DNA of 64,000 nucleotides, taken from Cercozoa sp. M6MM (taxonomy: Eukaryota > Protista > Endomyxa: Ascetosporea). Positions 41,701 to 52,581 of the stretch are shown piece by piece. Under the pieces are notes generated by a model. The model ran no database searches. It was not told where the DNA came from and saw nothing but the letters and a program-made list of their open reading frames with translations. A program made the translations under genes and the position numbers. The first letter of the stretch is position 1, and every line of letters starts with the position of its first letter. Where the stretch lies: NCBI GenBank assembly GCA_040357565.1, contig JBDODJ010000012.1, one strand, 5' to 3'.

Positions 41701-44229
41701 TGCGCTTGCTGCGCAAGTTCTTGCCTTCAATAGAAGTCTACTTTAGCACATTCCTGTCGGTACAGCAGTCCTTTTGTGATCACAGAAGACCAGAATTTAA
41801 CCTCTTTACCGAGCAAAAACCGACGGACGGTTGTGTTTTTAAAGGAGGCGCGTCAGAAGCAGGAAGACGAAGTGAAACTGCAAAAGTTCTATGCCGAGTT
41901 CAAGGAGGCCGTTGTGCTGGGTACGCGCGCTGTTTCACTTTATGTAGTCTCTCTCTGTCTCACCCTGTCATTGTGTTTTTTTGTTGGTTGCACAGATGAG
42001 TTGCCGCCGCCTGCGCCGAACGCGCCGCTGCCTGTGCCGCCGAACTGCAGGTGCATTGTGCAGCTTTACCCCTCTCCCGCCCCGTACTCTTGTATGCAGT
42101 ATGTCGGACGAGGAGGAGTCGTTGAGCAATGCGATTGAGTACGACGACGCCAGTGACATTGACATGGAGGAGCACTCGGCGCCCGCGCGGATGCCCGCTC
42201 GGATGACGGGCGAGCGCCGGCACCGGCGTCTGCAGAGTGCGGCTCGTCCGCGAAAGCTGCGAGAGCGGCGGCACTTGCGTCAGTCGACATCGGGTATCTT
42301 TACCACCCTTACTCCCCCCCTCCCAGGGTATACCGTGTGTGCTGCAGGAGTGCCGATGTTGGGACTGACGGACCTCGTGCCGCCTGCAGCGTCAATCGAC
42401 ATGGTAGTTACCCTACACTTTACCCCCCCCCCACACACACACACACCCCTTTCCTTACGCCTAACCACATTTACCCTCACACAGACGGAGCTGTCCGAAA
42501 AGGAAGCGTTGAGTCGAGAGACCGGACTGATCGGAGGAGTGTCGGACGGTGTCGCAGCTAATGCCACCGACACGGTTGTTGCCACCGTCGATGATGTCGC
42601 TGATACCGACCGTGCCACCGATGATACCGACGGTGACGGTGCGACTCCGCGCGATCACGCACCGCCCGGACTGGCCGAGGCCATTGCCGCTCGCGACCTC
42701 AAGGCTGTCGAACGCATCATGCGCTCCGTGCGGCGTGCGCGGCGCAGCTCGGTACTCCCTTTGAGACAGCAATATCGGTATCTTTTGTTGTGTTCCCGCG
42801 GGTATACCCCTCTCGTCGCGTAGGACGGTGTGGATCAGTACAAGAACAGCCGCCTCGTCAAAATTGGCGATGCGCTGCTGCAGCAGCTCCGCGCGGAACA
42901 CGTCGTTCTGCTGGAGCTTCGTCGCGCCGTCACCGTGCTTTACCCCCTACCTCTAGCCATTTACCCCCACCCCTTTACCCCCTCTTATCCCCTAATCCAC
43001 GCACTCCTTTACCCCCCTCGTCCACAGGAACTGGACCGTCCGGAGATAGTGCACTGGTTAGAACGAGCGGCAGAGATGGGCCTCGATGCCGATCTCAACT
43101 CGGGCAGTACCTGCGAGGCTTCTGGTAGCCCCTCCCCCGCCCTTTACCCTCCCTCTTACCCCCCCCCCCCCCCGTAGAAAGTAGCGGTAGTGGGAGCAGC
43201 AAGAGGCGCAAGAAGCGTCGGCAGAAGGGCACGTCGCCGGCACCGTCGCCCAAGGCACAGGCCTCGGACGTCAAGCTGCTGCGACTGGCACGCAAGCTGG
43301 CCTACGGCATGTCGGCCTCGGAGTTCCACGACCGGCGCATCGAGGCCGTGCTTAAGGTGCGCATGGCTGTTTTCCCCGTTCCCCTTTACCCCCTTGCCCC
43401 TATCCCCACGTCGCGTAGGACGAGGACCTTGAGTCGTTGGAACTGCTGCTGACCAAGGCGCATCTCAAGGTGCCTCTTGTACCCACCCACTGTACCTCCT
43501 TACCCCCCCCCCCCCCACATACGCACAGTCGTGGGAGTCGCCGACGGTGGAGCGCGCGCGGCAGCGACTGTACGAGAAACGCATGGCGCAGCAGCAGAGT
43601 GCTGTGCCACTGGCCGCCGTCTGTCTGTCCGAGGACCTCGGCACTGGCGGCAGTCTCGGCAGCATTGGTTTACCCCCCCCCCCCCCCCCCTTTTATTTCC
43701 CCACACCCTCTTTTACCCTCCTTTCCCCTATGTGTAGGCAACAGTCTGAGCAGTATCGACTTGGGTCCGACACGTCGATTGAGTGCGTGTTCCTCGGCCA
43801 CGTCGTCATTGGGGAGCGACACCAATGCATTCGGTACTGTGCGTTACCCCTCCCCTTCTGCTGCCTCCCCTTTACTCCCTCCCTCCCCCTCCCAGGTGGA
43901 AGCCTGAGCGTTCTGGGAACAGAGTCGGACGCCGGAAAGTCAAGTGCTGACCCAAGGTACCTACCTCACTTGCACTTATCCCCCTTACCCCTCACTCCCT
44001 ATACCCCCCCCCCCCCCCGACAGATGGCACCGCAGCAGTGCGCCGTACGTCGATGCCAGCACGATTCGTCGCTGGAACTTTTCGAGTCTGTTCGCGTCCT
44101 TCAAAGGGCGGTACACCGCCTTCACCCGGNNNNNNNNNNNNNNNNNNNNNNNNNNNNNNNNNNNNNNNNNNNNNNNNNNNNNNNNNNNNNNNNNNNNNNN
44201 NNNNNNNNNNNNNNNNNNNNNNNNNNNNN

Positions 44230-44281
<52 letters not shown>

Positions 44282-47200
44282 CAGATACCCCTTGGCACGG
44301 TGTCCGATGTTGCGTCGGCCAGGCGACTACGCTCGTCGGAGTTATGGCCATCGGTACTGTCGCTGTCCCCTACCCCTTTACTCCCCCTTCCCCCTTTATT
44401 CCTTCTTCCCTTTACTTCCCTCTTCCCCCTTTACCCCCCCCCCTCTTACTGGTGTGCGCAGCAAGGGTCTGAAACGCATGATGCACCGGTGGCAGAACGA
44501 GCCGATTCCACGCTCGCTGGTGAAGTTTCCGCGCGACACTCCCAACAAGGTGCGTGTGTTTAGCCCCTTTATCCCCCCCCCCCCCTACGCCCATGTGACT
44601 AGGTAAAGAAACTGGCGCCGCACATCTTCAAGAACATCTTGGCACTCATGGGCGATCGCGTGCACGCCTATCCGGCCACGTTGGCACACGAGGTTTCTAC
44701 CCCTTTCCACCCCATACTTCCCTTTTCTCCCCTACCCCCTTTACTCCCGTCCACCTGCCCCAGGTGGTGTCGCTGGGCATGAGCGAGCCGGCGCTGCGCA
44801 ACGAGATCTTCATGCAGCTCATCAAGCAGACGACCAACAACCCGTCGGCGCAGTCCTGTGTGCGCGGATGGAAGGTGCTCTACCTGTGTCTCGGTGCTTT
44901 CACGCCGTCGGCTCAGGTAAGCAGTCCCTTGCCCTTCCCCACCCCCGGCCCCCCGTGGCCCCGGCCCCCCCCCCCACCCCCAGGTGTTCGGTCCGTGCCT
45001 GTTGTCGCACCTGGCGGTGTTCGCGGATCCGCGGCCGCGGCAGTTGTGCTCGTTCGACACGCTCAAGGAAGCGGCGGCCAGCTGCTTCTTGCAGTGGCAG
45101 CTCACCAAGCAGATCCCTGCCGCCGACCGTCGCGTGCCCTCCATGCGTGATATCGTAGGCTTTGCCCCCAACCCTCCCCCCGTCCCACCGCTACCTTTAC
45201 CCCTGCACCCCTCCCGTGGCAGTCAAGAGTGCTCGAGATGCGGTGCATGACGAATGCGACGTCGGCGCTGAGCACGCTGATGTCGGAACTGAACGATGAC
45301 GACGGCGGCGACAGTCAGGTCTCGCGCTGGAAGCGCCGTCAGCGACCGCAGGTTTGTCTTGGGGGGGGGGGGNNNNNNNNNNNNNNNNNNNNNNNNNNNN
45401 NNNNNNNNNNNNNNNNNNNNNNNNNNNNNNNNNNNNNNNNNNNNNNNNNNNNNNNNNNNNNNNNNNNNNNNNCCCCCCCCCCCCCCCCGCGCGCGCATTT
45501 CCTTTATTCCCTTCGGTGTAGAGACTGCGTCATTCGCCGTCGAGCGAGACGCCGCTGCCGCAGTGGTACCTTTTGACTGAGGCGTCACTGAGTGAGTTGG
45601 TACCAAAGTGCACGTGTGTTTGCAGGTTCGACAGTGTGCCTGTGCGTACACTCGGCAGTGTCAACGAGTTCGACTTGAAACGCTTCTCGCGCATGAGTAC
45701 TGCTGACATGTTTTACCCACCCCTCCCCTTTAGCCCTCCCCTTTACCTCCCCCCGCAAAGGCACGGCACAAGAACAAGACGCGTTCAAGAGTCAGCAACT
45801 CAAGTAGTCTTCGTTTACTCCCACCCCACCCTTTACCCCCCGTGTGTCAGAATGCGCGACATGGAGCGGCAGCAGCAGTTGGAACAAGACCGTGCCGACC
45901 ACCGCGAGTGTAGCACTACCTGGCGGGGAGGGGGCGGTAAACTCATGTGTCTGTGTTTGTTGCTTAGTTGTGCGAGAGATGGTGGCACGCAAGTACCGCC
46001 TGTTCGTGCAGGTATGTATGTCCTAACTCCCCCCCCCCCCCGCACGTTTCCCATACCGCACGTTTACCCCCCACCCCGCACGTTTACCCCCCACCCCAGA
46101 GTGACGACAAGGACAGAGAGACCGATGCGGAGAGAGGCGACGTCGCTGAAGAACAGCAACAGCTGCTGCTGCACAGTAGGAAGAAACGCGGCCACAAACG
46201 ACACAAGAGCAACGTCGACGCCGTGGCTGCCTTGCGGTAGTTTTCCCTCCCCTTAGCCCCCCCCCCCCCATCCACCATGCTCCCCTTTACCCCCTCCCCG
46301 TCCCCCAGTGAGGAGCACTTCCGCCAGGCGCCGACGCACCAGGCGTTTTTCGCGTCGCTCGAGTCGCAGCTGCACCGCAAGGCGCGTGATCGGTACCTCT
46401 GCCACCCACTGCACCCACTGACTGCACCCACTGACTACGCATATGGGACCGCTTGGCCGGCCACGTGCGATCAATCACTTTGGGGGTGCTGTAGTTTGCG
46501 CAAGCAGCAGCCGAGTCTGCAGCGATCGCTCGGCAAGGCGCGCAGGGTACTTTTTGCTGTGACCACTGACTGAGTGACCGCTGAGTGGTCACTGAGCGAT
46601 CACTGAGTGCGCACGTGCAGGCTGCGCGCAAGAGCACCGAGACGCACCGTGAGCTCGGCAGTCGCATCGCGTTCTACCGTGAGCAGATGCGCCTCGAGGA
46701 GGAACAGCAACAACAACAACAGCAACAGCAACCACAACAACAGCAACAAGAAGAACACCAACACGGAGGCGAAAAACAACAACAACATCAATTGCGGCAA
46801 AAGCAACAGAAACAACAACAAAAGTTGCCGCGACCGGAGGAACCGCTGCACTCGCGCGGTCGCGATGCGCAGCAGGTTCCCCCCCCCCCTTCACACTCCT
46901 CTCTTCCTCCCCCTTTACTCCCCCCGGCAGGACGGCACGACAGACGAGAAGCAGGCGATGTCGATCCTGCTGAAGATGAAGCGAGACCGGGAGGAGGCAG
47001 GCGACGCTGCGGTAGGAGCATGTGTTACACACGGCTGACTGGGTTACCACGTGACTGACTGGGTGACCACGTGGGTGTGACTGACTGGATGACCATATGT
47101 GACTGATTGTATGCACGGTGTGGCTGCAGACGCCATCGCCACGTGTGCACGCGAGTGGCAGCTTCTCATTCTGGCAGCGACAGCGGCACTTGCGACCGCA

Positions 47201-48088
47201 GTCGCTACCGCACTCGCGCGCCGCCTTCGACCCGACACCGCTCTGGTCCGCGCGGCTTGACTGTGCCGGTACAGCTGAACGCACGTGTGTGCCCCGTCCA
47301 AATGGGCACAGAACTCATCCGCGTATTGTAGACCCACTACGGGACAGTGCGGTTGAGTGGTCCCGAGACAGTGCGCACGTAGCCATTGCTTCGCTTGATA
47401 CGGTAGCCCTACCTTCCCACTTCCCACACCACCCACCTTGTATTTTTGTCGATACAGATAAGTGTGCACACACGTGAGGGTCTCTCGGTGGCTGCCTTCG
47501 AACTGGGATCTTTACCTGCTGTGGTAGTCTTCTGTCTGTCTGTAGACATATTTTTAAAAAAAATATATATATATATATATATATGTATGCGTGTGTGTGT
47601 GTGTTATGTGTGTATATTTGTATGATTGAGATACAGAGAGAAACGGCAGAGTCGCGAGTGACCTTGTCCTGGCAGTGTGGCCATGTACTCTCCTTCTTTA
47701 CCTCCCCCCCCCCCCCACACTCCCCACCCAGACTAGGTATATTTGTACGTGTGTTGCTGCAGCCGACTGTGTGCGTAGCCAGATGCGGCGACAGCAGGTG
47801 CGACCCAGTTGCATATGCATGTGTATGTGTTCATGTTTGTGTGTATGTATGTACGTGTGCATGTATGTACCTGCAGTGTGGCCATCGTGGACGTCGAGCT
47901 GCGAAAACTCGAGCACGTGCTGCCGCCCCAGCCGCCGGTAGCTCTCTTTCTTGCTATGTGCTCGATATATATATATATATATATATACATGTGTGTGTGT
48001 GTGTGTGTGTGTCCACGCTGGATTGACTCTTGTCCAGTCCAAGCGGCGGCGTCATGCCTTCCGTTCCCTCCGGTATGTTTATACATAC

Positions 48089-48146
<58 letters not shown>

Positions 48147-48156
48147 NNNNNNNNNN

Positions 48157-48204
<48 letters not shown>

Positions 48205-48306
48205 CANNNNNNNNNNNNNNNNNNNNNNNNNNNNNNNNNNNNNNNNNNNNNNNNNNNNNNNNNNNNNNNNNNNNNNNNNNNNNNNNNNNNNNNNNNNNNN
48301 NNNNNN

Positions 48307-48352
<46 letters not shown>

Positions 48353-49853
48353 CGTATAGATATACGTACATAGTTATATATGTGTGTGCCTGTGTCTATG
48401 CGAGGGTAGGCACGGACGACGCGAGTGTGCAGACGGCAAAGTTCGCGCCGTCGCGTGCTCAGTTGCTGTTGACGGGTTCGCCCTTTGGCCTGGCCTCGTG
48501 GAGTCCGATCACGTATCTTATGTCTTCCCTAGTCTCTCTCCTGTATGTGTGGTTTATTCATGTGTCACTGTTGCAGGAGACGACTGCACCAGTCGGGAGT
48601 TAGGTGGAAGGTACCTTGGAAACCCGATCCTCCAGGGGACCGATAACCCTCTGTGTTAACTTTGACCTACGCAGGGCGATGTCCTGTCGGCCGTGTGGTG
48701 TCCTTCTCCCACAGCACCAGTCTCTGTATGTCAATCTCTGTTACCCCCCCCCCCCCCGCCCCACCTACCTGGGTGTGCCTCTGCAGCCGGGTGGCAACAT
48801 GTCCTCGCCGACCTCGGTGGAGGCCTGTGTGGCGCTCACCACGGCCACCAGCAACCGTCTCATTCGCATGTGCACTGCCACTGGACGGGTACTCCTTACC
48901 TTGCCTCCTCTAGCATATATGTGCGTATATTCGTATTATCTGCATGTACAATAGGTACTGGACCACGCCACGCTCTCGTCAGAGGCCGATATGATCAAGG
49001 CCAGCAGGTACTCTCTGTGTCATATGTGTACATTTGTCTATATATATATGTATATATTACATTTACGTATTTGTAGAAAGATAAATATATATGCTGCTTT
49101 GTAGTCACGGCACGCTGGCCGTGGCACATGCACACCGCAAGAGTCTCGCCCTAGTGTGAGTCTCCGCTTCCTTCTTGTGTGTCAATCTGTCTGTCCGTGC
49201 TGGACATGCTTTTTCCCTGCAGCTTCCGGTGTCAGGCCCAGCATCCACCAGTTGAGCTCGCTTTCCGACCCGGTATCATACTGCCCTGTTGTATACATCT
49301 ATATATATATATATATATAAAAATATATATGCATCCCTGGTGTGGTGACTCAGAGTACGGCGAGATCGTGTCGTTCGCGTGGCTGCGTGCCAAGCTGCTT
49401 GGACTGCTGCTCGTGGCCTTTGCGCGCGGCAGTGTCGTCGTGATCTCCACGCAACCGGACGCTCGTCTGGGTGTGTCCCCCCCCCCAACTGTATAAGTGA
49501 TATGGGGATACTTTGAGCAGGACTTGAACTGCAGTGTTACAACCTGCACGAACGCCTGTGGGAGATGACTTACAGTCCTGCCGCCAACTGTTTCTGCGCT
49601 CTTGGTAGGATTAGCTTAAACTACCTGTTCCTGTGCCTGTACCTGTACCTGTGCCATGTACTGTACCATGGGAGGGTTCTCTCTGTAGGTGACCGAGGTG
49701 TGCGCGTCGTTTGCCTTACTACCGATCGCGATGGACCTGTCAACCGGCACTTTGTCGAGGTCGACAAGAACAGCAACACACTGTGTGTAGACGATGAGGA
49801 GCATCCGTGTCATGCTAAATGGAGCAACGACGGCACCGTGCTCACCGTCATTG

Positions 49854-49920
<67 letters not shown>

Positions 49921-50072
49921 TACACGGATACACGGATACACGGATACACGGATACACGGATACACGGATACACGGATACACATGGTATGCAATACGATGA
50001 GCAGGCAACCAAGGAACGGTGCACAACTTTGCTGGCCTTAAAACCGCGTCTCCTTTGTCTCCTCGGGACTAG
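34682..50072 (+). CDS. Unconventional myosin: motor, IQ, coiled-coil, MyTH4, coiled-coil, IFT144/WDR19-like WD40 propeller; very many exons, start approximate
   Basis: Motor: [14 protein letters not shown]|[17 protein letters not shown] (~36090), [74 protein letters not shown]-like [14 protein letters not shown]. MyTH4: [45 protein letters not shown] (44600-44920). WD40 region 47330-50072. Confidence 0.85.
36802..36891. repeat. (CTAC)n tetranucleotide array, intronic
   Basis: Direct observation inside a myosin intron. Confidence 0.9.
39409..39470. repeat. 16-bp tandem repeat (TGTGGCTCACTTGGCA, about 3-4 degenerate copies), intronic
   Basis: Direct observation inside the intron after ...GFPFRK. 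Confidence 0.8.
49856..49983. repeat. (CA)n followed by (ACACGGAT)n octamer array, intronic
   Basis: Direct observation in the last intron of the myosin-WD40 gene. Confidence 0.92.
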
Positions 50073-50176
50073 CCCACTCTGCCTGCTGTGCGTGGATTCA
50101 GCTAGCTATAGAGAGCTTTTATCCGTTCGATCGGATACAATTTGTTTGTGTTTTGAATAGTCGTATCTGTTTCAGT

Positions 50177-50279
50177 GAGTTGGATGTCCCCACCCACCCT
50201 AAGCGGGCGGTGGACCGCGGCAATGACCCACCCCCAGGATTGATACAGGGAAACTGCATAGTTAGTTTCTTAGTAGACT
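50177..50279 (+). repeat. Dispersed structured repeat, copy C (opposite orientation to A and B)
   Basis: GAGTTGGATGTCCCCACCCACCCTAAGCGGGCGGTGG...GACCCACCCCCAG...CATAGTTAGTTTCTTAGTAGACT. Confidence 0.75.
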
Positions 50280-50438
50280 GCAGGACAGTCTGCAGTCAGC
50301 AGTTGGATGACTCTGTTTTACTTTTAAAAATGGTGTGCATACCTGCAGTTTAACACGATTGTGCTGTGCGCTGCAGAGTGCACACTAAGTACTTAAGCTA
50401 TAGCCGTTTGTCGAGACTCAAAAAGACCGAAGCCGTGC

Positions 50439-51646
50439 ATGCTGACCGGCAGACGAGTGGTATTGGGGTCGATTTGGCCTTTCGGTTTGATTAAATGAAC
50501 ACATAGGCCCATACGGCACGTCGCTGTTTGCGCGCTCTGTGCTACATGCGAGTTTGGCAGAGCTTTTTGCGCATGCGCGAGCGCACGTTGGCCACAATCG
50601 CATTTTGTTGCGTTATGGTGTTCGTGGCGCTTAACGCCGCTGTCTTTCAGGCCGTGCATGGCTGGTAGCTTTGACTCTGCCGTGCTCGCTGATTCAATCG
50701 TATGTCTTCCTTCTAACCTGTATTATCATGGGTCGGTAGGAGCTATTTGGACGCACTCGTCTTTGTGGTCTCCACTCTGACAACCACTGGGTAGGCACAC
50801 GATATAGCTTAAACACCTGCGGGGGGGGGGGGGGNNNNNNNNNNNNNNNNNNNNNNNNNNNNNNNNNNNNNNNNNNNNNNNNNNNNNNNNNNNNNNNNNN
50901 NNNNNNNNNNNNNNNNNNNNNNNNNNNNNNNNNNCCCCCCCCCCCCCCCCCCCCCCCGATGTGGACGCTTTCTGGGACAGGTACGGTGACGTGCACCCAA
51001 ACGACAGTGTGCTGGCGCGACTTTTGTCGATTCTGCTGGTCGTTCTGTCTCTCACACTTGCGGCTGCTGCCTTGTCTTTGCTGGTGGAACGCTTTCTCAT
51101 CTACAGTATGCGTCGGTAGTATCCGCTTTGTGTGTAGTCTTCCTTGTTTTGCTTCTACCAAGTGTGTATGTGTTGATCAATTCAGACACAAAGATCAGAA
51201 GGAGAACTACATCAATCTGGCACTCCTTGGTACCTTTTCCTCTCTGCCCGGACACCTTGTTGAAAATTGTATGTAGAAGATTTGTTTAGTCTGCGGCTTT
51301 CTCCTAGTCGGAAGCATCGTGTTCACGCTGACTGAGGGTTGGACCTTCCTGGACGCCTTGTATTTCGTATCTTCAGAACTTTGAACTCTGCGGTACGAAG
51401 CAATGTCCTTTCTCTGGTTTCCAGAGTGTCATGAGTATCGCAACCGTCGGATACGGCGATTTGGTCGTCACTTCCACCGGTCCTCTTGCTCTGAAAGATA
51501 AAACAGAGGTCTCCGGTGTCCATGTTTTAACTTCAACTATTGCAGGAGGCAAAATCTTTGTTGCCATCTGGCTACTGCTCGGCACGTTTGTAAGTTTGTT
51601 CGTTGTGCCTTTTTTGTTCTGTGGGTCGGAATAACTACACGACACA

Positions 51647-51696
<50 letters not shown>

Positions 51697-51706
51697 NNNN
51701 NNNNNN

Positions 51707-51757
<51 letters not shown>

Positions 51758-52569
51758 TACACACACATACACACACACGCACACGCACACTCAGGTGCTG
51801 GCCAAGGTCATGGCGCGAGTGGCGAACTTTGTCACAGTGCGTAGGCGAAAGACGCTGGCCTTGCTGCTGCACAGTGTACAACTTGTAGCTTTTATAGGAT
51901 GAACAGGCAGATACCCCCTCCGCGTAGGACATGGTCAAGCAAGGCAGTTGGCGCACCTTCAGGCGGCGGATGTCTACTACTTCCAAAGAGGTAACAGTTT
52001 GTGTGCAGTAAGTGAAGGGTGTACTGACGACTCGATCTGCGTGTGCCTAGGTAAGATTGAAACTGCCAGAAGAAGACAGTCTCAGTGGGATTGACGACGA
52101 TAACGATGGTCTCAGAGAGTCGGATTTCATACTCAGCATGGTATCACACGCACAAAAATAACAGTCTGTTGAGTTAGTTTCATCTATCCACTCTGACTTA
52201 CAGTTGTTACTGACCGGTGCCACCGACAACGAGGAGGTTGAGTCGTTACGCGCGCAGTTCGCCGAACTAGATGCTAATCGCGACGGTCGCGTCACGAGTC
52301 GCGAGTTTCACGACTTCCGTTTGCGTCTCGGCGCGCTCGCCCTTGAGTCAGACGTCAACGTACCTATCGGTGACACGGCGGTTCGACCACGACCCTCTGC
52401 AATTGCAAGTCCTCAGCTACCAGTGCAGGCTGACTCGAATGCTGGCAGTGATCGGGAGTTTCCGCTACTCGACTCTCCAGAATTGCGCGCTCCCGACGCG
52501 CCGGATCTGGCCGCGAACGATAACAGAAACGCGACATCGCCATTTCCGTTTGATTTAAAACAAACTTGA
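50439..52569 (+). CDS. Two-pore-domain K+ channel with C-terminal EF-hand(s) (TPK/KCO-like)
   Basis: Pore 1: W|SYLDALVFVVSTLTTTG|YGDVHP. Pore 2: EGWTFLDALYF|SVMSIATVGYGDLV. Four TM helices and an EF-hand QFAELDANRDGRVTSREF. The start is approximate. Confidence 0.9.
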
Positions 52570-52581
52570 GCTTAGCTTACT

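Noticed and set aside
41206-41900. Myosin motor and MyTH4 tail as two separate genes (stop at 41208)
   Set aside because: The TAG lies within a GT donor (CG|GTAG), and downstream exons continue in frame. One join needs an about 85-nt intron, so some doubt remains.
49912-49983. Short tandem arrays (also 39409-39470 and 57058-57150) as CRISPR-like repeats
   Set aside because: There are no unique spacers and no cas genes, and the context is eukaryotic intronic or coding sequence.
45361-50958. Poly-G / N-gap / poly-C junctions at 45361-45488 and 50821-50957 as biological hairpins
   Set aside because: They coincide with 100-N scaffold gaps and are likely assembly artefacts of homopolymers. Reading frames are consistent across them.
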